Counted from the first letter of the stretch, positions 10,558 to 19,012 are shown. The stretch: DNA of 32,000 nucleotides from Pseudoalteromonas tetraodonis (GCF_002310835.1 NZ_CP011041.1:390001-422000); one strand, 5' to 3'. Notes: generated by a model from the sequence alone, not told the origin. Translations and numbers: made by a program.

Positions 10558-11320
10558 CATGCAAACGCAGCAGCTCAGCGACAAAGAAATCTTGCGTTAT
10601 AGCCGCCACATATTACTTGATGAAGTGGGGCTTGAAGGGCAGTTAACGCTGAAACGCTCAACGGTTGCCGTAGTTGGTGCAGGTGGCTTAGGTAGTCCTG
10701 CGCTGCTGTATTTAGTGGCAGCTGGCATTGGGTCGCTTATTTTAATTGATGACGATGTAGTTGAACTGTCTAACTTGCAGCGCCAAGTGCTTTATAAAGT
10801 AAATCATTTGGGGCAAAACAAAGTTCGCGCGGCTGGAAAAGTGCTTGCGAGCCTTAACAATCAAATAAATATAATAACCCACACTCAAAAGCTGGATGAT
10901 ACCAACAGTGCGTTGCTCTTAAAAAACGCCGACATAGTACTTGATTGCTCTGACAACTTTGCGACTCGATACACGGTAAATCGCTATTGCATTGCTAATA
11001 ACACTCGCTTAATTACAGGGGCTGCGCTGGCAACTCAAGGGCAATTAATGGGGTTTGATTTTAGACAAAGTGACAGTCCATGTTACGGCTGTGTTTTCCC
11101 TCAAAGTAGCGATGCACCGGTTATAAATTGTAGTAATGCCGGGGTAATTAGCCCTTTACTTGGGATTGTTGGGTCAATGCAGGCACAATTAACCCTCAAT
11201 ATGTTGTTAGGTCATTTTAAGGGGAATATGTTTATAACGTTTGACGCATTAAGCTTAAAGCAACAGCATTTTAAGATGACTAAGGATTTAGCGTGTAAAG
11301 AGTGTGGCGGGTATGAGTAA
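10541..11320 (+). CDS. thiF: ThiS/MoaD adenylyltransferase (ThiF/MoeB/HesA family)
   Basis: The protein has RYSRHILL, the nucleotide loop VVGAGGLGSP, and two CxxC pairs (CYGC, CKEC). It is the last gene of the thi operon. Alternative ATG starts at 10547 and 10559 would remove the 17-nt overlap with thiDE. Confidence 0.8.
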   Translation: MRMPANMQTQQLSDKEILRYSRHILLDEVGLEGQLTLKRSTVAVVGAGGLGSPALLYLVAAGIGSLILIDDDVVELSNLQRQVLYKVNHLGQNKVRAAGKVLASLNNQINIITHTQKLDDTNSALLLKNADIVLDCSDNFATRYTVNRYCIANNTRLITGAALATQGQLMGFDFRQSDSPCYGCVFPQSSDAPVINCSNAGVISPLLGIVGSMQAQLTLNMLLGHFKGNMFITFDALSLKQQHFKMTKDLACKECGGYE

Positions 11321-11364
11321 TGAAAAGCTTGGCTTTTAACGTGAGTAAGCTCTACGTTTACAAG

Positions 11365-11404
11365 AAAACACCGCGGTTATTGAAAATAAACGCGGTGTTT
11401 TTTT
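11365..11404. terminator. Bidirectional terminator between convergent thiF and psd
   Basis: ACACCGCG (11368-11375) pairs with CGCGGTGT (11391-11398), flanked by an A-run and a T-run. This is the same stem core as at 1433-1468. It is followed by CTCGAACTGACA (11408-11419). Confidence 0.7.
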
Positions 11405-11426
11405 AAGCTCGAACTGACACTACCTA

Positions 11427-12293
11427 TTAATCATCAATTTTTGCAAAGGCAGTGCCTAAACGAGTAACTACCTCTGGGAGTTGATCGTCTAATATTTCTG
11501 CTTTGTTCGCACCCCATGCGAGCACAACCGTTGAGCCTAATTTAAAGCGACCCATTTCTTCCCCTTTCTTAAGGGTGATCGCGTTTTCGCCTTTAGTTGG
11601 GTAGTTCCAGCTAAACACATCACTGCCAGCTGGTGGAGTCACTGTGCCAGCCCAAATAGTTTCTATGCTGGCAACAATGGTTGCGCCTACTAAAACCATA
11701 GCTAGCGGGCCAATTTCAGTTTCAAAAATAGCCACTACACGCTCGTTACGGGCAAATAAATTTGGTACGTTTTGAGCGGTAAGTGGGTTTACTGAAAATA
11801 AATCGCCCGGTACATAAATCATTTTGCTTAGCGTGCCATCAATTGGCATATGAATACGGTGGTAATCTTTTGGGGCTAAGTAAATAGTTGCAAATTTACC
11901 GCCTAAAAACGGGGTTGTGTCGTCTTGTGATCCACCTAACAATGCTTGTAAGCTGTAATCGTGGCCTTTAGCTTGAATAAGTTGACCATCAACAATGTCG
12001 CCTAGTTGGCTAATTGCGCCGTCTACTGGATGAATAATAATATCGTCATCTTCAACCATAGGACGCACACCGTCTTTTAACGGACGGGTAAAAAATTCAT
12101 TAAAGCTTTTGTAATGAGCCGGATCTGAATATTTAGCTTCGCTCATATCTATTTTATATTGTTTAATAAATAATTTAATTAATGTGGTTGTTAACGCACC
12201 GGCTTTTGCTGCAGCAAGTTTACCTACCACACGAGAAATAAAGTGTTTTGGCATGGCATACTGCATGGCGATTTTAAATTTATCTAAACTCAC
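11427..12293 (-). CDS. psd: Phosphatidylserine decarboxylase proenzyme
   Basis: The 288-aa protein is conserved throughout. The self-cleavage site LGST is present in FKLGSTVV. It lies downstream of rsgA, as in E. coli. Confidence 0.95.
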   Translation of the reverse strand: MSLDKFKIAMQYAMPKHFISRVVGKLAAAKAGALTTTLIKLFIKQYKIDMSEAKYSDPAHYKSFNEFFTRPLKDGVRPMVEDDDIIIHPVDGAISQLGDIVDGQLIQAKGHDYSLQALLGGSQDDTTPFLGGKFATIYLAPKDYHRIHMPIDGTLSKMIYVPGDLFSVNPLTAQNVPNLFARNERVVAIFETEIGPLAMVLVGATIVASIETIWAGTVTPPAGSDVFSWNYPTKGENAITLKKGEEMGRFKLGSTVVLAWGANKAEILDDQLPEVVTRLGTAFAKIDD

Positions 12294-12307
12294 AGGTTAT
12301 TCCCTTA

Positions 12308-13366
12308 TTATACGCGGGGCGCACGAGCGCCTGCACGGCCATCGGCCATGGTTTCTAAAATACGGTGGTAGCTTTCAAAGCGTAATTTTGAAATATCGCC
12401 ATCGGCTACCGCTTGTTTAATTATACAGCCCGGATCGTTTAAATGTTTACAATCTCTAAACCGGCATCCGCCTATAAATTCTCTAAATTCTTTAAAGCAC
12501 CAAGTGACGCGTTCAACATCTAAATGCCATAGGCCAAATTCACGAATTCCCGGTGAGTCAATTAAATTACCCCCGCTCGGTAAATGATGAAGGCGTGATA
12601 CCGTGGTGGTGTGCTGGCCAAGCCCGCTGTTTTCAGACACTTCTTTAGTCAAAATTTCAGCATCCGGCAGTACAGTGTTAACTAAGGTAGATTTACCCAC
12701 GCCACTTTGACCAACAAAAATATTGTTTTTGCCCGCAAGTACTTCTTTTAACTCATTAATGCCTTCGCCAGTTATATTACTAACTAGCAGCACCTGATAA
12801 TTAAGCTTACGGTAAATGTCGAGGATTTGTTGTATTTCGTTTAAACCAGCTTCATCAATTAAATCAATTTTATTCAGTACTAAAATGGGTTCGATACCCA
12901 TGTCTTCACAGGCAATTAAATAGCGGTCAATAATGCTCGGGGTAAACTCTGGCAGTACCGCTGAAACCATTAAAATTTGATCAATGTTAGCGGCAATCAC
13001 TTTAACCCCATCATAAAAATCGGGGCGCGTGAGTTGTGAACGGCGCTCTTGAGTTGCTTCAATAACACCCGCTAAATCACCTTCACTTACTTTTGCACGG
13101 CGAAACAATACTTCATCGCCGCAAACCAAGTTCGATACGGTACGACGAATATTACAACGTAATACATCACCGTTTTGTGTTTCTACATCGGCATGTTGTC
13201 CAAAGCGGCTAATAACAATCGCATTTTCCACTTGACCTAAATTATCTGTTTGCCATTCTTGCGCGCCGACTTTTGCCGGTTTTGTATCGGCATTCGATAA
13301 GCGCTTTTGATGATTGGCCTTGATCCTACGGGATTGGCCTTTACTTAATTTTTTCTGTTTTGCCAC
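12308..13366 (-). CDS. rsgA: Ribosome small-subunit biogenesis GTPase RsgA (YjeQ)
   Basis: The protein has circularly permuted GTPase motifs (NKIDL, GQSGVGKSTL) and a C-terminal zinc cluster (CRFRDCKH..PGC). I place the start at GTG 13366 (V-AKQKKLSKGQSRRIKANHQKRL), which aligns with the E. coli N-terminus MSKNKLSKGQQRR. That start gives ~352 aa; the ORF-track ATG at 13474 would leave only 14 bp to orn. Confidence 0.9.
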   Translation of the reverse strand: MAKQKKLSKGQSRRIKANHQKRLSNADTKPAKVGAQEWQTDNLGQVENAIVISRFGQHADVETQNGDVLRCNIRRTVSNLVCGDEVLFRRAKVSEGDLAGVIEATQERRSQLTRPDFYDGVKVIAANIDQILMVSAVLPEFTPSIIDRYLIACEDMGIEPILVLNKIDLIDEAGLNEIQQILDIYRKLNYQVLLVSNITGEGINELKEVLAGKNNIFVGQSGVGKSTLVNTVLPDAEILTKEVSENSGLGQHTTTVSRLHHLPSGGNLIDSPGIREFGLWHLDVERVTWCFKEFREFIGGCRFRDCKHLNDPGCIIKQAVADGDISKLRFESYHRILETMADGRAGARAPRV

Positions 13367-13488
13367 TTGAGGCCTATAACCTGAGTTAAATGCCGAGTTT
13401 GCCAAAAAAAGCTTTAGCTCGACGGTTGATGCTAATATGATATATCGAAATGCGTTGGATCTAAAGAAAAGCACCGTTTAAGGTAATT

Positions 13489-14034
13489 ATGACTATTAAT
13501 AAATCAAATTTAATTTGGCTCGATCTGGAAATGACCGGACTTGAACCAGAGACTGACAAAATACTTGAAATTGCAACTGTTGTCACTGACGCTGATCTGA
13601 ATATATTAGCCGAAGGCCCAACCATTGCCATTCATCAAAGTGATGAACTACTTGATGGTATGGATGAGTGGTGTACAACTCAGCATGGCAAATCAGGGCT
13701 TACAGCGCGTTGTAAGGCAAGTACTTTCGATGAAGCTTATGCCGTTGAGCAAACCCTCGCGTTTTTAAAGCAATGGGTGCCAGCGGGTGCTTCACCCATG
13801 TGTGGTAACTCGATTGGCCAAGATCGTCGTTTTATGAATAAGTATATGCGTGAGCTTGAAGACTTTTTTCATTACCGTAATTTAGATGTAAGTACCATTA
13901 AAGAACTTGCTCGTCGTTGGAAACCAGATGTATTGGCTCAAGTGAATAAAAAAGGGTCACATTTAGCGTTAGACGACATTAAAGATTCGATTATGGAATT
14001 AAAGGTTTACCGAGAAAAGTTTTTTAATTTATAA
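13489..14034 (+). CDS. orn: Oligoribonuclease
   Basis: The 181-aa DEDDh exonuclease carries the motifs [21 protein letters not shown] and H..LDDI. It is divergent from rsgA and upstream of tRNA-Gly genes, as in E. coli. Confidence 0.95.
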   Translation: MTINKSNLIWLDLEMTGLEPETDKILEIATVVTDADLNILAEGPTIAIHQSDELLDGMDEWCTTQHGKSGLTARCKASTFDEAYAVEQTLAFLKQWVPAGASPMCGNSIGQDRRFMNKYMRELEDFFHYRNLDVSTIKELARRWKPDVLAQVNKKGSHLALDDIKDSIMELKVYREKFFNL

Positions 14035-14041
14035 AAAATAC

Positions 14042-14069
14042 TTGCAAAGCACCCTAATTATTGTAGAAT
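14042..14069 (+). promoter_or_regulatory. Sigma-70 promoter of the tRNA-Gly cluster
   Basis: TTGCAA (14042-14047), a 16-nt spacer, then TAGAAT (14064-14069). An A/T-rich UP-like stretch lies upstream, and a GC-rich discriminator CCTGCCCCGC lies downstream, as is typical of stringently controlled stable-RNA promoters. Confidence 0.55.
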
Positions 14070-14131
14070 CCTGCCCCGCTCAAGACGATAACCCCCGCGG
14101 GGTTAGTGTGTTTGAGCTTTGACTTTTGAAT

Positions 14132-14207
14132 GCGGCACTAGCTCAGTTGGTAGAGCGCGACCTTGCCAAGGTCGAGGTCACGAGTTCGAGCCTCGTGTGC
14201 CGCTCCA
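14132..14207 (+). tRNA. glyV: tRNA-Gly (anticodon GCC), copy 1
   Basis: The 76-nt cloverleaf has acceptor GCGGCAC/GTGCCGC, D stem GCTC/GAGC and anticodon stem CGACC/GGTCG with loop TTGCCAA. The T stem is ACGAG/CTCGT with TTCGAGC, the discriminator is T, and CCA is encoded. Confidence 0.97.
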
Positions 14208-14260
14208 ATTTCTCACCAAAGAAATTGTAGTTCAAGATGAAAAGTTAAAATTGATATAAT

Positions 14261-14336
14261 GCGGCACTAGCTCAGTTGGTAGAGCGCGACCTTGCCAAGG
14301 TCGAGGTCACGAGTTCGAGCCTCGTGTGCCGCTCCA
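14261..14336 (+). tRNA. glyX: tRNA-Gly (anticodon GCC), copy 2
   Basis: It is identical in sequence to copy 1. Confidence 0.97.
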
Positions 14337-14411
14337 ATTTCTCACCAAAAGAAATTGTAGTAGAAATAAAGATTCAAGATGAAAGGCGAAAGGAACAAGG
14401 TTTAATTTTGA

Positions 14412-14453
14412 CAGAACCTAGAACTTAGAACCTAGAACCTAGGACCTAGAATC
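14412..14453. repeat. Tandem heptanucleotide array, 6 units (CAGAACC TAGAACT TAGAACC TAGAACC TAGGACC TAGAATC)
   Basis: This is read directly from the sequence. It lies in the 127-nt spacer between tRNA-Gly copies 2 and 3; the 53-nt spacer between copies 1 and 2 lacks it. Confidence 0.9.
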
Positions 14454-14463
14454 TTCATATAAT

Positions 14464-14539
14464 GCGGTACTAGCTCAGTTGGTAGAGCGCGACCTTGCCA
14501 AGGTCGAGGTCACGAGTTCGAGCCTCGTGTACCGCTCCA
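14464..14539 (+). tRNA. glyY: tRNA-Gly (anticodon GCC), copy 3 (acceptor-stem variant)
   Basis: It matches copies 1 and 2 except for a compensatory pair change: C5-G68 becomes T5-A68 (nt 14468 and 14531). Confidence 0.96.
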
Positions 14540-14668
14540 ATCTTATTTACTTTCCAGATATTCATTTTTAAATAGCAAACAATAATCCACATGTGAATCA
14601 TTATAAATTTAATTTATATAATTTTTATTAGATTTGAAGTACTCAATGGATGCGAACGATCTGTGTTG

Positions 14669-14706
14669 TAAAACCTAAAACCTAAAACCTAAAACCTAAA
14701 ACCTAG
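14669..14706. repeat. Tandem heptanucleotide array (TAAAACC)x5 plus TAG
   Basis: Five perfect units span 14669-14703 and end 2 nt from the yjbQ stop codon (14709-14711, minus strand). On the yjbQ mRNA this reads (AGGUUUU)5. Confidence 0.9.
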
Positions 14707-14708
14707 CT

Positions 14709-15137
14709 CTAAAACGTTTCGCCTTGCAAAGTGGCAATAATTCGCCTAGCCCCGCCATGGTCGCGATGTTCGCCTAAGTATATTCCTTGCCAAGTCCCCA
14801 GCGCTAATTGACCATTATTAATAGGTATCGTTAACTCGCAACCTAAAGTGCTGGTTTTAATATGAGCAGGCATATCATCATCGCCCTCATAGTCATGACG
14901 ATAATAAGGCTGGCGCTCAGGTACAAACTGATTGAAGTGGCTTTCCATATCCATACGCACGGTCGGATCGGCATTTTCATTAATGGTTAAGCTGGCAGAG
15001 GTGTGTTGAATAAATAAGTGTAATAACCCTATTTTTAGTTGGCTCAGCTGTGGGAGTTTAGTCAGTATGTCGTTATCAATTAAGTGAAAGCCCCGCGAGC
15101 GAGGCTTTAATGTAATCGTGGTTTGCGACCAGCTCAT
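14709..15137 (-). CDS. yjbQ: YjbQ/UPF0047 family protein (annotated in databases as secondary thiamine-phosphate synthase enzyme)
   Basis: The 142-aa protein has conserved blocks: [20 protein letters not shown] and [11 protein letters not shown]. Its ATG overlaps the cheX stop (ATGA), suggesting translational coupling. Confidence 0.88.
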   Translation of the reverse strand: MSWSQTTITLKPRSRGFHLIDNDILTKLPQLSQLKIGLLHLFIQHTSASLTINENADPTVRMDMESHFNQFVPERQPYYRHDYEGDDDMPAHIKTSTLGCELTIPINNGQLALGTWQGIYLGEHRDHGGARRIIATLQGETF

Positions 15138-15601
15138 AGCTTATCGAAGCTCACTTCAATGTTTGCATTACCTGCATCACTGGTAAATGGCATAATAATT
15201 TTTTTGCCGTCACTTTTATGCGTAATAGTATGGTTTTTACCAGACACAACAATGGGGGTTGCCATGGCAAAGTCATAGCCTTTTTCACCTAATAGGTTTT
15301 TAGCACCACCGGTGACCATATTGGTTATTTCGCCGACCATGTCAGTGACTTCTTCATTTACGCTGTCAGGTCGCTCACCTAACATACGTTCCATTATAGT
15401 CAGCGCTAAACTTTCGTCGAAGGTTATTGAAAATGAACCGCGAGTTTGGGGGCCAACCATACCAATTAATCCCGATACATCACCACAGGCTACTTCATCG
15501 GTTTTAATGCGAGGTTTACCTGGTTTTAACTGAGTTTGAGCCATGGTGCTCAATACATTCATCAAAGAAGATAAAAAGGGATTAATGAACTCTACATTCA
15601 T
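15134..15601 (-). CDS. cheX: CheX-like protein (CheC/CheX/FliY CheY-P phosphatase superfamily)
   Basis: The 155-aa protein has INPFL..... at the N-terminus, DVSGLIGM.G, and the [12 protein letters not shown] helix typical of CheX. Confidence 0.75.
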   Translation of the reverse strand: MNVEFINPFLSSLMNVLSTMAQTQLKPGKPRIKTDEVACGDVSGLIGMVGPQTRGSFSITFDESLALTIMERMLGERPDSVNEEVTDMVGEITNMVTGGAKNLLGEKGYDFAMATPIVVSGKNHTITHKSDGKKIIMPFTSDAGNANIEVSFDKL

Positions 15602-15664
15602 ATTATATATCCTTAAATTGGTACTGATAGAGGGTATACGTAAAGTATAGCTATAGTCGCTCAG

Positions 15665-16099
15665 CTATGCTCGACAAGCGTCACATTTACCGTGTGCTTC
15701 TATGGTTTGCCCAGAAACTACAAAGCCACTTTCGGCTGCTAAGTTATTGAGCTCATGTGAAATTACTGTTGAATGCAGCTCTTTAACAAACCCACATGTA
15801 TCGCAAATTAGTAATTGAACAGGATGAATATGATCAAAGTGATGACACAACATGAATGCATTAGTGCTTTCAATTTTATGAATAAAACCGAGTTCTGCTA
15901 AAAAGTCTAAAGCACGATAAATTGTCGCAGGTTTTGCGCCTGTTTCAGTGACTTTTAATTGCTCTAGCAAATCGTATGCACCCACACCACCTTGAGCGCT
16001 TGCTAATAAACGAAATACCTTTTCGCGAATAGGTGTGAATCGCGCACCACGGTTGTCGCATACTTGTTTTGCTTTACTTACGAGTGATTCTATATTCAT
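15665..16099 (-). CDS. zur: Zinc uptake regulator, Fur family
   Basis: The 144-aa protein has a winged-helix segment (TIYRALDFLAELGFIHK). It carries the metal sites HHFDH, CDTCG and C-terminal CDAC, and its length and pattern match Zur rather than Fur. Confidence 0.82.
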   Translation of the reverse strand: MNIESLVSKAKQVCDNRGARFTPIREKVFRLLASAQGGVGAYDLLEQLKVTETGAKPATIYRALDFLAELGFIHKIESTNAFMLCHHFDHIHPVQLLICDTCGFVKELHSTVISHELNNLAAESGFVVSGQTIEAHGKCDACRA

Positions 16100-16191
16100 C
16101 TTCTCTCATCCTTACTTTGCCGTGATATACTAACATACTGTATTGTAGTTGCAGCGTTTTATTAACCGCTTTTGTGAAAAGGTATTCATTA

Positions 16192-16812
16192 ATGCATGAA
16201 CTATTAGCCATATTTATTTTCTTTTTTGCAGTTATCGATCCAATCGGCACAATTCCGGTTTTTATCGCCGTAACTCGGGGTGATGACGACAAGTTTAAGC
16301 GTAAAGTAATTTTTAAAGCAGTGGGTGTATCTGCTTTAGTACTGTTATTTTTTGTGGTTGCCGGTGAGCAATTACTCAATGTGATTGAGATTCCACTATC
16401 GGCATTTCAAATAGCCGGTGGGTTGATCTTATTAATTTTTGCACTCTCCATGACGTTTGGTGAAAGTAAACCCGAAGCTGAAATTAAAAGTGTTCGCGAT
16501 AGCACTGAAACCGCTATTTTTCCGCTGGCTATACCCTCAATTGCAAGCCCAGGCGCTATGTTAGGTGCGGTATTAATGACGCGTAATGAAGAATATACTT
16601 GGGTTGAACAAATGATTACCTCATCAATGATGCTGGCCGTTTTAGTGGTGGTACTTATTTTGTTATTACTTGCTACGCATGTACATAAAATAATAGGTGA
16701 TAGTGGGGCAAGTATTATTAGCCGAATTATGGGGTTAATTTTAAGCTCAGTCGCAGTAACGAATATTTTAAATGGTATCGCACAATACTTTGGCTTGCAG
16801 GTGTTTGCTTAA
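16192..16812 (+). CDS. MarC/UPF0056 family inner-membrane protein
   Basis: It is a polytopic membrane protein with the family N-terminal motif FFFAVIDPIGTIPVF and FQIAGGLILL. I prefer the start at ATG 16192 (AAGG 10 nt upstream); the ORF track begins at GTG 16174. Confidence 0.78.
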   Translation: MHELLAIFIFFFAVIDPIGTIPVFIAVTRGDDDKFKRKVIFKAVGVSALVLLFFVVAGEQLLNVIEIPLSAFQIAGGLILLIFALSMTFGESKPEAEIKSVRDSTETAIFPLAIPSIASPGAMLGAVLMTRNEEYTWVEQMITSSMMLAVLVVVLILLLLATHVHKIIGDSGASIISRIMGLILSSVAVTNILNGIAQYFGLQVFA

Positions 16813-16893
16813 TATTGCTGCGCATGGGGCTTTTGTGTAAAATGCAGCGCCTTTTAAGCTGTGCTTAAATTATAAATTTTTGAGGACTACATT

Positions 16894-17868
16894 TTGGATA
16901 AACGTACTTTAAATCGACGCTTTTCTGTTGCCCCCATGCTCGATTGGACTGATCGCCATTGTCGTACGTTTCATCGTAAAATGACAAAGCACACCGTGCT
17001 CTACACTGAAATGATCACCACAGGTGCTATTTTGTTTGGCCGTGGCGACTATTTGCACTTTAATCAACATGAAGGCCCAGTAGCGCTGCAGCTGGGGGGC
17101 TCAGATCCGCAAGCGCTAGCACAGTGTGCCAAGCTTGCAGGTGACCGCGGTTATGATGAAATAAACCTTAACGTAGGTTGTCCGTCTGATCGTGTGCAAA
17201 ATGGGCGTTTTGGTGCCTGTTTAATGGCAGAGCCCGAGCTTGTGGCAGAGTGTGTTGCTGCAATGAAAAGTGTAGTCAGTATTCCTGTTACGGTAAAAAC
17301 GCGCATTGGTATTGATGAGCAAGATTCCTATGAATTTTTATGTGCGCTTATTGAAGCATCGCATAAAGTAGGCTGTGATGATTTTATTATTCATGCCCGT
17401 AAGGCATGGCTAAAAGGATTGAGTCCAAAAGAAAATCGCGAAGTTCCTGAGCTTAACTACCCCCGCGTTTACCAGCTTAAAAAAGATTATCCACAACTTG
17501 ATTTAAGTATTAATGGCGGTGTTAAAACCATTGAGCAAAGCCTTGAGCATTTACAGTACATAGATGGAGTGATGGTTGGGCGAGAGGCTTACAGCAATCC
17601 ATTTATGCTAAATGAAGTTGATGAAAAAATATATGGTGATGCTGCTAATACTCAGACACGTCATGATGTTGTGCGCTCTATGTATGATTACATTGAAGAA
17701 GAGATGCGTTTAGGCGCTAACTTTTGGCATGTTGCTCGCCATATGTTAGGTATTTTTCAGGGACAACCCGGTGCGCGTGGTTTTAGACGCCATTTATCTG
17801 AAAATGGCCATGGCAAGCAAGCTGATTTGAGTGTTATGGATAAAGCACTAAGTTACGTACCCGAATAA
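16894..17868 (+). CDS. dusA: tRNA-dihydrouridine(20/20a) synthase
   Basis: The protein has [26 protein letters not shown] and TVKTRIGID. It uses a TTG start with GAGG 8 nt upstream. Confidence 0.93.
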   Translation: MDKRTLNRRFSVAPMLDWTDRHCRTFHRKMTKHTVLYTEMITTGAILFGRGDYLHFNQHEGPVALQLGGSDPQALAQCAKLAGDRGYDEINLNVGCPSDRVQNGRFGACLMAEPELVAECVAAMKSVVSIPVTVKTRIGIDEQDSYEFLCALIEASHKVGCDDFIIHARKAWLKGLSPKENREVPELNYPRVYQLKKDYPQLDLSINGGVKTIEQSLEHLQYIDGVMVGREAYSNPFMLNEVDEKIYGDAANTQTRHDVVRSMYDYIEEEMRLGANFWHVARHMLGIFQGQPGARGFRRHLSENGHGKQADLSVMDKALSYVPE

Positions 17869-17884
17869 TAGATCCTCTGTATAG

Positions 17885-17912
17885 AAAAAAGCCACCTCAG
17901 GTGGCTTTTTTT
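17885..17912 (+). terminator. Rho-independent terminator of dusA
   Basis: An A6 run is followed by GCCACC (17891-17896), a TCA loop, GGTGGC (17900-17905) and a T7 tract. Confidence 0.78.
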
Positions 17913-18048
17913 GATCCCAAATTTTGGTCAAAAGTTTAATTTATTAGCCAATTCGACTTAATTTCATTCAGTGGCGAGTCATTAATTTACCTACTTAAAA
18001 TAACTTAACTACATGATATTTAATGAAAATAAAACCATTTTAAGTTGT

Positions 18049-18064
18049 TGGCATAACTCTTGGA
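18049..18064 (+). promoter_or_regulatory. Candidate sigma-54 (-24/-12) promoter of the psp cluster
   Basis: TGGCAT-N5-TTGG (18049-18063) compares with the consensus TGGCAC-N5-TTGC, with one mismatch in each element. It lies ~40 nt upstream of the pspA ATG, and pspA is sigma-54 dependent in enterobacteria. No good sigma-70 -35/-10 pair is visible here. Confidence 0.45.
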
Positions 18065-18104
18065 ATCCTGTTGATGTATAAATAAAAATCATCAGGAGAA
18101 TAAC

Positions 18105-18785
18105 ATGGGCATATTTAACCGCGTAAACGACGTCATTCAAGCAAATATTGTAGCTATGCTTGATAAAGCAGAAGACTCAGAAAAGTTACTCAATTTAATG
18201 CTTACTGAAATGCAAGAAGCGCTTAATGAGTGTCGTAGTACGGCAGCTGCACTTTTATGTGAAGAAAAGAGCATTAAACGTCAAATAAGTAACAAACAGC
18301 AAGCGCTCGCAAATTGGCAATTAAAAGCTGAGCATGCTGTGACAAAAAATCGTGACGATTTAGCTAAATCAGCATTAGCCGAAAAACACACTGTTGAACA
18401 AAGTATCAAGTGCCTACAAACACAGCTTGAAACATTGCAGCAATCGATTGTAAAAATCACAGAAGACTGTGAGCGCTTACAGCAAAAAATGACGCAGGCA
18501 AAAGCAAAGCAAGCACAACTTGCAAAGCGTGAAAACGTAGTTGAGGCAAGGGCAAAAATAAATACGCAACTACAAAGCGATAAAGTGGCTTTTGCCTTAT
18601 CACGATTTGAGCAAATAGAGCGCCGCGTTGAAAGTGTAGAGTCGCAAGTTGAAGCGTATGAGCTCACAGATACTGCGAGCAATACAGCTATGCAAATTGA
18701 GTCACTGGTTAAAAATGAAAAAATTGATGCAGAACTGGCTAGTTTAAAAGCAAGTTTAAATACTGCTAATAAACAAACAGCTTAA
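18105..18785 (+). CDS. pspA: Phage shock protein A (PspA/IM30 family)
   Basis: The N-terminus MGIFNRVNDVIQANIVAMLDKAEDSEKLLNLMLTEMQEAL matches E. coli PspA [40 protein letters not shown]. The rest of the protein is coiled-coil. The SD AGGAGA is at 18094-18099. Confidence 0.93.
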   Translation: MGIFNRVNDVIQANIVAMLDKAEDSEKLLNLMLTEMQEALNECRSTAAALLCEEKSIKRQISNKQQALANWQLKAEHAVTKNRDDLAKSALAEKHTVEQSIKCLQTQLETLQQSIVKITEDCERLQQKMTQAKAKQAQLAKRENVVEARAKINTQLQSDKVAFALSRFEQIERRVESVESQVEAYELTDTASNTAMQIESLVKNEKIDAELASLKASLNTANKQTA

Positions 18786-18795
18786 GGAGATTGTT

Positions 18796-19002
18796 ATGAA
18801 TAGTTTTAATACACACCGTCGTTGGTACAAAAATACGCTTAACAAAAAAATATCAGGCGTCTGTAGTGGGTTAGCTTACCGACTAGACTTTCCGGTATGG
18901 TCTACTCGCTTAGTGACTGTTTTATTATTTTTAAGTTTTCCGTTTGCAGTGGCGCTAGGTTATTTAATTGCTCACTGTTGCCTTGAAGAAAAAGCAGTGT
19001 AA
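18796..19002 (+). CDS. pspC: Short PspC-domain membrane protein
   Basis: The 68-aa protein has the PspC-domain signature KKISGVCSGLAYRLDFPVWSTRLVTVLLFL followed by one TM helix. The SD AAGGAG overlaps the pspA stop. It is shorter than E. coli PspC (119 aa). Confidence 0.78.
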   Translation: MNSFNTHRRWYKNTLNKKISGVCSGLAYRLDFPVWSTRLVTVLLFLSFPFAVALGYLIAHCCLEEKAV

Positions 19003-19012
19003 GGAGAGCAGC

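Noticed and set aside
13367-13474. A 36-codon N-terminal extension of rsgA is implied by the first ATG of the ORF.
   Set aside because: The extension ([17 protein letters not shown]...) has no counterpart in RsgA and would leave 14 bp for the divergent orn and rsgA promoters. The GTG at 13366 gives an N-terminus that aligns with E. coli RsgA.
14251-14260. A TATAAT hexamer immediately precedes tRNA-Gly copies 2 and 3 and could be internal promoters.
   Set aside because: A -10 box ending 1 nt before the mature 5' end would start transcription inside the tRNA. No matching -35 is present. It is more likely conserved processing context.
14412-14706. The heptamer arrays could be a CRISPR-like array or telomere-like sequence.
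   Set aside because: The units are 7 nt with no spacers and no cas genes, so they are not CRISPR. The TTTTAGG resemblance to eukaryotic telomere repeats is superficial in an otherwise clearly bacterial operon context.
14540-14708. The region after the last tRNA-Gly could be a genomic-island attachment site.
   Set aside because: There is no integrase, no direct repeat of the tRNA 3' end, and only 170 bp of AT-rich spacer before a conserved core gene (yjbQ).
16100-16191. There could be a Zur box in the zur-marC divergent spacer.
   Set aside because: The only candidate (ATACTAACATACTGTAT) is palindromic at just 4 nt per end. It does not match the GAAATGTTATAnTATAACATTTC-type consensus.
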